The notes under the pieces are model-generated. The model made no database searches, was not told the origin of the DNA, and was given only the letters and a program-made list of their open reading frames with translations. Shown piece by piece: positions 56,174 through 64,000 of a stretch of DNA of 64,000 nucleotides (the first letter of the stretch is position 1; each line of letters opens with the position of its first letter). The stretch comes from Candidatus Shapirobacteria bacterium (GTDB lineage: Bacteria; Patescibacteriota; Microgenomatia; UBA12405). The stretch covers positions 1,524 to 65,523 of the forward strand of contig JBAZWK010000001.1 of the NCBI GenBank assembly GCA_041660365.1, written 5' to 3'. The translations under genes and the position numbers were made by a program.

Positions 56174-57109
56174 ATGAAAACGGTAATGAATAAGTTAAAA
56201 AAAGTTTTGAATTCCAAATTGTTCCAATTGTCCTTTTCGGCGATATTAATTTTTGTGGCTTTTCGAAGGGTTAATGTTGGCCATTTACTAAATGAGGTGC
56301 ATCAAGCCCCCTGGTGGGTGGTGATAGTTTTGTTGGTATATATGGCTTTTTCCATGGTTTTGGGTGGTTTACGCTGGAGTATTTTAGTTTTAGGTAAGGT
56401 TAAGCTTAGTGATGTTTTGGCCTTCACCAAAGCTACTTATGCCGGCAGCTTTTATTCACTATTTTTTCCATCTTCTGTTGGCGGAGATTTATTAAAATGG
56501 ACAAGTTTAACTAAAAAATATCCGGAAATGTCAAAGCTAAAGTTAATGGGTTCGGCCTTAATTGATCGGGTAATTGGTTTTAGCGCTTTTTCAATCGCGG
56601 CTTTAATAGCTTTAATTGCCGGGAAAATATTGAAGTATCAATTTCCTGAGATTTTATTTTGGTTATTTTTAGGGATTAATTTTGCTTTAATTGTTTTTTA
56701 TGTTTTGGTTTTTACAATTGATTTTGAAAAAATGTTGAGTAAATTTAAATTTTTAAATAAGTTATTGGAAATTGTGGATTTACTAAAGAATAGTAATAAA
56801 CAAAGAATTATTATTTGTTTTTTAATCTCTTTAATATCTGAACCGGTATGGATGTTAATGACCTGGTTTTCGTCCTTGACCTTCAAAGCTCACATAAAAC
56901 TACTGCAAGTATTTATTTTTATGCCGATAATATCCTTAATTTTAGTATTACCCATTTCATGGGCGGGTTTTGGGGCCAGAGAAAATTTATTTTTAATATT
57001 TTTTGGGCAGTTAGGATATCAATCAGAAAAATTGCTGTTAGTATCGGCTTTTGGTGGAATATTAGGAATATTAAATGCTTTGATTGGCGGACTGGTGCTG
57101 TTGTTCTAA
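56174..57109 (+). CDS. Flippase-like (UPF0104 / lysyl-PG-synthase-TM-like) polytopic membrane protein
   Basis: About eight TM helices. The N-terminal 'KLFQLSFSAILIFVAFRRVNVGHL...LGGLRWSIL' pattern matches the UPF0104 family, which is often linked to GT2 genes. Confidence 0.5.
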   Translation: MKTVMNKLKKVLNSKLFQLSFSAILIFVAFRRVNVGHLLNEVHQAPWWVVIVLLVYMAFSMVLGGLRWSILVLGKVKLSDVLAFTKATYAGSFYSLFFPSSVGGDLLKWTSLTKKYPEMSKLKLMGSALIDRVIGFSAFSIAALIALIAGKILKYQFPEILFWLFLGINFALIVFYVLVFTIDFEKMLSKFKFLNKLLEIVDLLKNSNKQRIIICFLISLISEPVWMLMTWFSSLTFKAHIKLLQVFIFMPIISLILVLPISWAGFGARENLFLIFFGQLGYQSEKLLLVSAFGGILGILNALIGGLVLLF

Positions 57110-57149
57110 ATAGATAAGTAGTTGAATAGATAAGTAGTTGAGAAGTAAA
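57110..57149. repeat. 8-bp periodic array (ATAGATAAGTAGTTGA x2 plus tail), intergenic, immediately after the stop of the flippase-like gene
   Basis: Reads atagataa gtagttga atagataa gtagttga gaagtaaa. Confidence 0.65.
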
Positions 57150-57157
57150 ATACTATT

Positions 57158-57256
57158 AACTGTCAAGAAGGTCTGGTGTATAGCCAGACTGGCAACCGAG
57201 CCCGCCGAAGAGGTGGATCACGGTGCCCGTCCAAAAACAATTTGGAAGACAGGCCT
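57158..57256 (+). ncRNA. SAM-I (S-box) riboswitch in the metK leader
   Basis: P1 is CUGUC (57160-64) paired with GACAG (57248-52). J1/2 is 'AAGAAGG', against the consensus AAGAGAGG. The P2 hairpin is GUCUGG-uguauag-CCAGAC. The P3 strands are 'GGCAACC' (57191-97) and 'GGUGCCC...UCC' (57222-). The P4 hairpin is CCAAA-aacaa-UUUGG. 'GGAAGA' precedes the P1 3' strand. It ends 22 nt before the metK ATG. Confidence 0.7.
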
Positions 57257-57277
57257 TATTAATTAAAAAGGAAAAAT

Positions 57278-58375
57278 ATGAACTATTTCCAGTTTTCTTC
57301 CGAGTCGGTATCGTCGGGTCATCCCGATAAAATCTGTGATCAAATTTCTGATGCAGTGCTAGATGAAGCTTTGAGTTTAGATAAAAATTCCAGAGTAGCG
57401 GTAGAAACTCTACTGACTGTTAATAGAATTGTTTTAGCTGGCGAAGTCACTTGTACTAATAAAATTGATTTTGAAAAAGTAGCCAGAAATAAAATTAAGG
57501 AAATTGGTTACGATAAAGAGATTTATAACTTTACTGATAAGTCCCCGATTGAAATATATGTTCACCAACAGTCGGCTGACATTGCAATCGGGGTTGATAA
57601 TGAGGGTGCTGGCGATCAGGGAATGATGTTTGGTTATGCCAGTGATGAGACCAAGGAATTGATGCCGTTGCCGATAGTTTTGGCTCATAGATTATGCCGA
57701 AAGATGGATGAATTAGAGAAAAAAGAAAATTGGATTAGACCCGATGGAAAATCACAGGTGACAGTAAATTATGATAATGGAAAAGTAATTGGAATTGAAA
57801 AAGTAGTCTTGGCAAAACCGTTGGATTATAAAAAAAAGATTGATTTTAAACAATATTTTTATGAGTCGGTAATTTTACCAGTGTTGAGTGAATACAATTT
57901 AAATATTGGAATAGATCAGGTTATTTTTAATGGAACAGGACGTTGGGAAATTGGCGGTCCGGCAACTGATACGGGGGTGACTGGTCGGAAAATTGTAGTC
58001 GATACTTATGGTGGGATGGGAAGAATTGGCGGTGGTTGTTTTTCCGGAAAGGATCCAACAAAAGTTGATCGAAGTGCGGCTTACGCCGCCAGGTTTTTAG
58101 CTAAAAATGTGGTGGCAGCAGGATTGGCGAAACGCTGCGAAGTGCAATTAGCTTATGCAATTGGTGTTAGAGACCCAGTTGGTAAAGGTTTTGAGACTTT
58201 TGGAACTGCTACTAAAGATGAAAAAATTATTAATGATTTTATTTGGAATTTAATGGATTTGTCGGTCAAAGGTATTATAGAAAAATTTGATCTTAAGAGA
58301 CCAATATTTGCCCAAACAGCCAAATATGGACATTTTGGAAATGAAAATTATTCTTGGGAGAGTATAGATAAGTAG
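57278..58375 (+). CDS. metK: S-adenosylmethionine synthetase
   Basis: 'FSSESVSSGHPDKICDQISDAVLD', 'GAGDQGMMFGYA' and 'DTYGG' are canonical MetK motifs. Confidence 0.9.
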   Translation: MNYFQFSSESVSSGHPDKICDQISDAVLDEALSLDKNSRVAVETLLTVNRIVLAGEVTCTNKIDFEKVARNKIKEIGYDKEIYNFTDKSPIEIYVHQQSADIAIGVDNEGAGDQGMMFGYASDETKELMPLPIVLAHRLCRKMDELEKKENWIRPDGKSQVTVNYDNGKVIGIEKVVLAKPLDYKKKIDFKQYFYESVILPVLSEYNLNIGIDQVIFNGTGRWEIGGPATDTGVTGRKIVVDTYGGMGRIGGGCFSGKDPTKVDRSAAYAARFLAKNVVAAGLAKRCEVQLAYAIGVRDPVGKGFETFGTATKDEKIINDFIWNLMDLSVKGIIEKFDLKRPIFAQTAKYGHFGNENYSWESIDK

Positions 58376-58403
58376 TTGAATAGTTGAATAGATAAGTAGT
58401 AAG
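58364..58403. repeat. 8-bp periodic array overlapping the metK stop codon
   Basis: Reads atagataa gtagttga atagttga atagataa gtagtaag. It has the same unit family as the array at 57110. Confidence 0.65.
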
Positions 58404-58494
58404 ATGAGTGTATGTTATATCACAATATTTTAGTTTGGAAAAAGTCACATGAATTTACTTTAGAAATCTATAAAATAACTAAAAAATATCCCAA

Positions 58495-58743
58495 ATGAGA
58501 AGAGCTTCTAGTTCAGTTCCGGCCAATATTGTGGAAGGAAATGCTAGAAGATCAAGTAAGGAATTTGCTCAATTTTTAGTTCAAGCCAGGGGTTCTTTAT
58601 CAGAAACACAATATTTTTTAGAATTATCAAAAGATTTAGAATACATTTCAGTATCTGAATTTGAAAATCTTACTACACTGTCTATTGAAGTAGCTAAGAT
58701 GTTAAACTCTTTATTAACTAAGATTAAGAGTTGTAATTATTAG
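58495..58743 (+). CDS. Four-helix-bundle protein (the family encoded in 23S rRNA intervening sequences), N-terminally disrupted. The first ~28 codons lie in another frame at 58412..58498, so this is a likely pseudogene or truncated product
   Basis: 'RRASSSVPANIVEGNARRSSKEFAQFLVQARGSLSETQYFLELS' matches the family core (RRAAxSIxANIAEGxxRxSxKEFxxFLxIAxGSxxE). The upstream frame encodes 'MLYHNILVWKKSHEFTLEIYKITKKYPK*', which matches the family N-terminus. About 7 codons are missing and there is a frameshift. Confidence 0.6.
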   Translation: MRRASSSVPANIVEGNARRSSKEFAQFLVQARGSLSETQYFLELSKDLEYISVSEFENLTTLSIEVAKMLNSLLTKIKSCNY

Positions 58744-58746
58744 ATT

Positions 58747-58787
58747 TTAACTATTAATCTATTTATCTATTAAACTATTCATCTAAC
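58747..58787. repeat. 8-bp periodic array in inverted orientation (reverse complement ATAGTTTA ATAGATAA ATAGATTA ATAGTTAA), between the four-helix-bundle gene and galE
   Basis: With the array at 58364-58403 it forms imperfect inverted repeats flanking the four-helix-bundle gene. Confidence 0.6.
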
Positions 58788-59756
58788 ATGATATTAATAG
58801 TCGGAGGGGCCGGATATATCGGCTCAGAAATAAACAAAGAATTAAATGTAAACGGTTACAAAACCGTAATTTTAGACAGTTTGGTTTCGGGGCATAAAGA
58901 GTCGGTAAAATGGGGAGAATTTGTTCAGGGTGATTTAGTTAATTTAGAAGATATTCGGGGAGTGTTTAAAAAATATCCAATTGAGGCGGTGTTTAATTTT
59001 GCGGCTTTTATCGAAGTTGGTGAATCAGTGAAAGATCCGCAAAAATATTATTTTAATAATTTAATAAACACTCTTAATTTATTAAAAGTAATGAGAGAGT
59101 TTAACGTTAATAAAATTATTTTTTCCTCAACGGCAGCGACTTTTGGCGAACCAAAATACACGCCAATTGATGAAAAACATCCGCAATGGCCAATTAATCC
59201 CTATGGTTGGACTAAATTTATGATAGAGCGGGTGTTTTCAGATTACGATACTGCATATGGTCTACGATATGTGGCTTTGCGTTATTTCAATGCTTGTGGG
59301 GCCAATGATGAGGCGGATATTGGCGAAAATCATAACCCAGAATCTCACTTAATTCCTTTGGTTTTGGATGCGGCCATTGGGAAAAGGGAAAATATAAAAA
59401 TTTTTGGCACTGACTACCCTACCCCGGACGGCACTTGTGTTCGGGATTATGTTCACGTGGTTGATTTGGCCTCAGCTCATCTTTTAGCTTTAAAACATCT
59501 GTTGGATGGTGGAGAATCAAAACAATACAACTTAGGTAATGGTAAAGGTTTTTCAGTCCGCGAGGTAATTGAGGCGGTTAAAAAAGTAACTGGGAAAGAG
59601 TTTACAGTAATTGAAGATGTCAGACGTCCTGGCGATCCACCGGTTTTGGTGGCCACTTCAGAAAAAATTAAAAAAGAATTGGGCTGGGATCCAAAATATA
59701 CTGATATTGAGGCAATTGTAGCGACCGCTTGGAAATGGCACCAAAAAAAGGCATAA
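58788..59756 (+). CDS. galE: UDP-glucose 4-epimerase
   Basis: 'MILIVGGAGYIGSEI' is the Rossmann GxxGxxG. 'YGWTKFMIE' is the YxxxK motif. SDR extended family, 322 aa. Confidence 0.85.
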   Translation: MILIVGGAGYIGSEINKELNVNGYKTVILDSLVSGHKESVKWGEFVQGDLVNLEDIRGVFKKYPIEAVFNFAAFIEVGESVKDPQKYYFNNLINTLNLLKVMREFNVNKIIFSSTAATFGEPKYTPIDEKHPQWPINPYGWTKFMIERVFSDYDTAYGLRYVALRYFNACGANDEADIGENHNPESHLIPLVLDAAIGKRENIKIFGTDYPTPDGTCVRDYVHVVDLASAHLLALKHLLDGGESKQYNLGNGKGFSVREVIEAVKKVTGKEFTVIEDVRRPGDPPVLVATSEKIKKELGWDPKYTDIEAIVATAWKWHQKKA

Positions 59757-59763
59757 TAGAGTC

Positions 59764-61056
59764 ATGACAAAAATAGCCGTAATTGGAACTGGTTATGTAG
59801 GTTTAGTGACTGGCACATGTTTGGCGGAAATTGGACATAGTGTTTTTTGTGTGGATATTGATGAGAAAAAAATTGAAAATTTAAAAAAAGGGATTATTCC
59901 GATTTATGAACCAGGTCTAGAGGAGTTAGTCAAAAAGAATTTTGAGAAAAAGAGTTTATTTTTTACCACAGATATCAGTGAGGCGGTGTCACAGGCCGAA
60001 GTAGTGTTTATTGCGGTGGGGACGCCACCAATGCCTGATGGTTCGGTAAATTTGGAATATGTTAATGTTGCGGCGGAATCGATTGGTAAGGCAATGAACG
60101 GCTATAAAATAATTATCAACAAGTCGACGGTGCCAATTGGTACCGGTGGTTCAGTTCAAAGAATAATTTCTACCTATTATAAGGGAGAATTTGATATAGT
60201 ATCAAACCCGGAATTTTTAAGAGAAGGTAGTGCCGTTGCTGATTTTATGAATCCAGATAGAATTGTAATTGGTAACGGTGGGGAAAAAGGTCGAAAAATA
60301 ATGTTGGATTTGTATGCTCCCCTACCCGGTGAAAGAGTGTTAACTAATATCAAAACAGCCGAGATGATCAAATATGCTTCTAATGCTTATTTAGCGACCT
60401 CTATTTCCTTTATTAATTCGATTGCTGGAATTTGTGAAAAGGTGGGAGCGGATGTGACCGAAGTGGCCTTGGGAATGAGATTAGATAAAAGAATTGGCAA
60501 ATATGCTTTTTTGGATGCCGGGGTGGGTTACGGCGGTTCTTGTTTTCCCAAAGATGTTAAAGGACTAATTCAAATTGCCAATGAAAATAATATTTCTTTT
60601 GATATTTTAGAATCAGTAGAAGCGACTAATGAAGCCCAGAAAAAATCTTTGTTACGTAAAGTTCAGAAATTATTGGGAGAAAATTTAAGCGGGAAAAGAA
60701 TTGCCATTTGGGGTTTGGCCTTTAAAGCGGAAACTGACGATATGCGGGAAGCGCCGGCTTTGACGATTATCAAACAACTACAAGATCGGGATGTAAAATT
60801 AGTGGCTTATGACCCGGTGGCCAGAAAACAAGTTGAAAAGATTAATAGTGAATTAGTTTTTGCTGATGATTTGTATGAGTCAGTAAAAGGTGTCGATGCT
60901 TTGGTAATAAGTACAGCTTGGAAAGAATTTAAAGAGGCGGATTTGGATAAAATTAAATCACTAATGAAAACGCCGAATATTGTGGATGGCAGAAATATGT
61001 TTAATGTGGAAGAGATGAAGGAAAAGGGCTTTAATTATCTTTCGGTGGGGCGATAG
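59764..61056 (+). CDS. ugd: UDP-glucose 6-dehydrogenase
   Basis: 'KIAVIGTGYVGLVTGTCLAEIGHSVFCVDID' and 'GGSCFPKD' give the catalytic Cys. Confidence 0.85.
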   Translation: MTKIAVIGTGYVGLVTGTCLAEIGHSVFCVDIDEKKIENLKKGIIPIYEPGLEELVKKNFEKKSLFFTTDISEAVSQAEVVFIAVGTPPMPDGSVNLEYVNVAAESIGKAMNGYKIIINKSTVPIGTGGSVQRIISTYYKGEFDIVSNPEFLREGSAVADFMNPDRIVIGNGGEKGRKIMLDLYAPLPGERVLTNIKTAEMIKYASNAYLATSISFINSIAGICEKVGADVTEVALGMRLDKRIGKYAFLDAGVGYGGSCFPKDVKGLIQIANENNISFDILESVEATNEAQKKSLLRKVQKLLGENLSGKRIAIWGLAFKAETDDMREAPALTIIKQLQDRDVKLVAYDPVARKQVEKINSELVFADDLYESVKGVDALVISTAWKEFKEADLDKIKSLMKTPNIVDGRNMFNVEEMKEKGFNYLSVGR

Positions 61057-63700
61057 CAGAAATAGTGTAGAGGGTGAAGAAATCTGTAGGATCTGTTTTT
61101 ATTTTTTTTAAGATAAAGTGTTTTTGGATAAATTCCATAATGGCCGGGGTATCGTTGCTGTAGACAATGGTAGTGCCGATTTGGAGTTTGTCGAGATTTG
61201 GCAGAAAATATTTGATGTCATAATTTGGCAGTAAAACAGTTTCGAGGGATGGATTTATAGGTAAATAAGTTTTCATTTGATATTTTAAAATTAAGGCGGT
61301 ATCACCGTCCCGACTGATAATTAAGGGGCTGATTTTGGTCAGATTATATTTGTTTTGAAAGATTGGATATTGTGTCAATTGAGTGTAAACGTTGTGTTGA
61401 TTGCTGTTGTGAATTCGCGTGGGCTGCTTAATATTTAAATAGGAAATATAGAAGAAGGTAACGATAAATAAACTAATCGGCAGAGTATAAATATTTTTAT
61501 TTTTGATTTTTTGGCTAAGTATTTTTAGAATTAAACAAAATTCTATCAGCAGAAAAGGACTGATATTAACAATGTTATTTTGGTTGGAACGGCTGACAAA
61601 ATAACTGAAAATAGCCACATTGTGAATGATGATAAAGGCAAAAGCGGTGGTCAACTCGTTTTTTCGATTATAGATTTGCTCAAAGAAAAGGATAAAACCA
61701 CTAATCAGAATAATAAGGGCCAAATAATAATTTCCAAAATCAGGTATTAATTCCGAGCTGAAACCGTCGATATATGTAGTGGCGTATTGGAGGTAATTTT
61801 TGATTGGCGGAGAAATATGATGATATTGATATTCTTTAAAGATTATTATTCCAAAGATAGTTAGGGTAATAACTAGGAAAAGTGACAAATATTTTAGAAA
61901 TATTTTAAAAGCATTTTTAAAGTTTGAGTAATTAATAAATGAATAGGCTCCAAGGGAAAATATGTAGGCCGGGACGATGTAGATGGCAGTTTCAATTGAC
62001 CAAAAGACAGAAATAGAGGCGATAAAAGCAGAAATGATAATACCAATTTTATTGGGAAAGTAGGTGATAAAAAATATTATTAAGGTGCCAAGACCAAAGC
62101 GAATCGGTCCGGAGGATGGAAAAAGTCCGTTGCTATCTAGAGAAAATTGAGTTTGAAGAAAGATAGTAATTATTGAAAAGAGAAAACTTAGATAATTATT
62201 TTTGGTGATTTTATAAATAATTAAAAAGTCCAGTAAATAAATCAAAATATAGATGCCCTGATTTAAAATGTGAAAATTTTCAAAAGTTATTCCAAATGGT
62301 TTTAAAACTGAGCTAATAAAATGGATCGATAGATAGCCGTATTGAGAAGGAACATCACTAAGGAGGCTTCTATCCTGGCTAATTTCATAAGCGGGGCCAA
62401 GATAAAAGGAATAATGGTGATAATCAATAGGTTTATTGGTGGAATATAAGGCAAACACAGCAGAAATAATAAACAAAATAGAGGTAATTAAAATATTTTT
62501 ATGAGAGCTGATGGTGAGGACTATTTTTAGAATTTGAGATAGTAAAAGGGTGGAAAGCATGATGACAAGAACTATAGGGAAGGAGAAATTGTCGATATCG
62601 AGTCGAAAATAACTGAGAACGGAAATCAGGACAATTAACTGCAAAAGAAAATTTTTCAAGAATTGCTCTGGACTTTGTTTTAACTGTATCAGGGTGGGAA
62701 CAAGACTCAATATGAGAAAAATTAAATAGTTGTAACTAAGTAAATGTCGGAAAAATATTAAATAGCTTAATTGAACAGCAAAGATAAAGAATCCCAGTAT
62801 TAAGGATTTTTTGAAGAATTTTTGGGCAATATTCTTTTTTAAAAAAGTCAGTGTCAAAGTAAAAGAAAACAGAAGGATTGAAGAAATTTCATAAATTAAC
62901 CACTCGCTTGATTCGCTATGTTTTTTGATAAGCAAAATAGCTGCTGTAACAAACAACAAAGCGTATATGGAAGTTAGAAATGTAAAAATACCTTTATTGT
63001 CCTGATTTATAGGTAGATTATCTTTGGGGGAATATTGAAAATATTTAACAAAATTTCCTCCGAGCCGGGTATTGAGAAAAATATATAAAATCAGGGTGGC
63101 AAGCAGGGCGTAAGCCCACGAGGCGAAATTAAGATGGTTGATAAAGGAGAGAGATTTGTTTAGAAGATATGAAGGAATTTCAGATTTGTTTTCAGAAAGA
63201 TATTTTTTGGAATAATTGTACTTTGAAATAAAATCATCGGAAAATGGCGATAAAGTTAAGTAATTATTGCCTTGACCATAAAGCGATTTAATTTCAATTT
63301 CATAGCTTTTTCCTTTGGAATTGGGAATCTCTGGAAAACCAAAAGGAAAATATTCATAGTTATTAAATTGATCAACTTTGTATTTAGCGCTGTAAAACCA
63401 GTTGCTTTGACCTTGCTCTTTAATACTGAATTGAAGATAATCATCGTTGATATTCCAATGGGTATCAAATTTCATGGCAATGATTCCTAGGTGATCGTGC
63501 TTGGCAGTGAACAAAGCTTGAGCAGAAACATTTTGGTATAAATTTAGGGGAGTTTTAGTGTTGAAATGGGAATTTTCAGTGATAATGACCGGACTGTAAT
63601 CCTGGTAGTCGTAGATCTTTTTATATACAAAACCGATGAGAAGAATTAGGAAAAAAATGAAACAGATTTTTATTTTTGTATTTAGGTGTTTTTTTAACAT
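61031..63700 (-). CDS. Large polytopic membrane protein (more than 20 TM helices) with an N-terminal extracytoplasmic domain. Possibly a GT-C / YfhO-DUF2079-like polysaccharide-associated enzyme
   Basis: 889 aa. Signal/TM, a ~170-aa soluble stretch, then continuous hydrophobic helices. Its 3' end overlaps the ugd 3' end convergently by 26 nt. Confidence 0.4.
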   Translation of the reverse strand: MLKKHLNTKIKICFIFFLILLIGFVYKKIYDYQDYSPVIITENSHFNTKTPLNLYQNVSAQALFTAKHDHLGIIAMKFDTHWNINDDYLQFSIKEQGQSNWFYSAKYKVDQFNNYEYFPFGFPEIPNSKGKSYEIEIKSLYGQGNNYLTLSPFSDDFISKYNYSKKYLSENKSEIPSYLLNKSLSFINHLNFASWAYALLATLILYIFLNTRLGGNFVKYFQYSPKDNLPINQDNKGIFTFLTSIYALLFVTAAILLIKKHSESSEWLIYEISSILLFSFTLTLTFLKKNIAQKFFKKSLILGFFIFAVQLSYLIFFRHLLSYNYLIFLILSLVPTLIQLKQSPEQFLKNFLLQLIVLISVLSYFRLDIDNFSFPIVLVIMLSTLLLSQILKIVLTISSHKNILITSILFIISAVFALYSTNKPIDYHHYSFYLGPAYEISQDRSLLSDVPSQYGYLSIHFISSVLKPFGITFENFHILNQGIYILIYLLDFLIIYKITKNNYLSFLFSIITIFLQTQFSLDSNGLFPSSGPIRFGLGTLIIFFITYFPNKIGIIISAFIASISVFWSIETAIYIVPAYIFSLGAYSFINYSNFKNAFKIFLKYLSLFLVITLTIFGIIIFKEYQYHHISPPIKNYLQYATTYIDGFSSELIPDFGNYYLALIILISGFILFFEQIYNRKNELTTAFAFIIIHNVAIFSYFVSRSNQNNIVNISPFLLIEFCLILKILSQKIKNKNIYTLPISLFIVTFFYISYLNIKQPTRIHNSNQHNVYTQLTQYPIFQNKYNLTKISPLIISRDGDTALILKYQMKTYLPINPSLETVLLPNYDIKYFLPNLDKLQIGTTIVYSNDTPAIMEFIQKHFILKKIKTDPTDFFTLYTISAIAPPKDN

Positions 63701-63717
63701 TATGAGTGTGATGTAAA

Positions 63718-63975
63718 TTAAAGCTTATCAATAAACTGATATTTAATTTTCCAAACATAATAGGTCCATTTTCCAGTAATAGTAGAAAAATCAAAATGGG
63801 CTAGGTGATCAAGACCTCTTTTGGTCAGATATAGAATTTTTGTTAGAGTAAACAATACGGGGTATTCTTTGGTTCTATTTTTAGGATTTATAGCAACGTC
63901 TGTTAACTTGTTAAATATAAAATCAGGAATTTTAAATGTAGCCAAAAGATACAATAGAATATTGTTAAATGTCAT
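63718..63975 (-). CDS. Hypothetical small protein
   Basis: 85-aa ORF directly upstream of the large membrane-protein gene. No motif. Confidence 0.3.
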   Translation of the reverse strand: MTFNNILLYLLATFKIPDFIFNKLTDVAINPKNRTKEYPVLFTLTKILYLTKRGLDHLAHFDFSTITGKWTYYVWKIKYQFIDKL

Positions 63976-64000
63976 TTTAGTGTCAAGGTAAGATGAATTT

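Noticed and set aside
54309-58787. CRISPR array interpretation of the short periodic repeats
   Set aside because: The units are 8 bp with no intervening spacers, the arrays are only 40-56 bp, several are inside coding genes, and no cas genes lie nearby.
1-64000. Alternative genetic code (UGA reassigned to Gly, code 25), considered because of CPR-like features
   Set aside because: Long genes such as ileS, the primase and ftsZ are intact with UGA as a stop. The only UGA-terminated oddity is the four-helix-bundle fragment, which also requires a deletion.

Overview
The window reads as a low-GC, gene-dense bacterial chromosome segment with short or overlapping intergenic regions, which is reminiscent of a reduced-genome lineage such as Patescibacteria/CPR (inference only). 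Long ORFs are intact under the standard code. Three blocks are apparent. (1) 1-13.4 kb is an AT-richer accessory region ending at a tRNA-Val(CAC) gene. It carries a stand-alone OLD-family ATPase-Toprim nuclease that converges on an XRE repressor, a P4/D5-type primase-helicase with a small zinc-ribbon gene, a PD-(D/E)xK-like nuclease, DUF805 and other small membrane proteins, a secreted TPM-CAP fusion protein and an LCAT-like lipase. No integrase is visible inside the window. (2) 13.5-43 kb is core housekeeping: zwf, lepB, parB, rpmA, rplU, a SEDS protein, ileS, then a division/cell-wall (dcw) cluster on the minus strand (rsmH, ftsL, ftsI, murE, murC/mpl-like, murA, mraY, ftsW, murG, ftsA, ftsZ), followed by glyQS, a GT-C membrane protein, recO and a DUF4012 protein. 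The dcw cluster has non-canonical insertions. These are an ATE_C/Bpt-like aminoacyl-tRNA transferase homologue between murC and murE, an NlpC/P60 peptidase, and a divergent unit made of a LysW-like zinc-ribbon carrier-protein gene (missed by the ORF track) plus def, facing a fold-type-II PLP enzyme plus an ATP-grasp ligase. murE is split by a 1-nt frameshift at a short homopolymer. (3) 43-64 kb is a large surface-glycan locus: an initiating sugar-phosphate transferase, nine GT2/GT4 glycosyltransferases, a Wzy-like polymerase/ligase, a hexapeptide acetyltransferase, DUF192 and a flippase-like membrane protein, followed by metK with a well-preserved SAM-I riboswitch leader, a disrupted four-helix-bundle (23S-IVS-type) gene, galE, ugd and an 889-aa polytopic membrane protein. 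The oddest sequence-level feature is six short arrays of an 8-bp periodic motif (NTAGNTNA / TTGAATAG) between 54.3 and 58.8 kb. They lie in-frame inside three coding genes and also bracket metK and the four-helix-bundle gene in inverted orientation.
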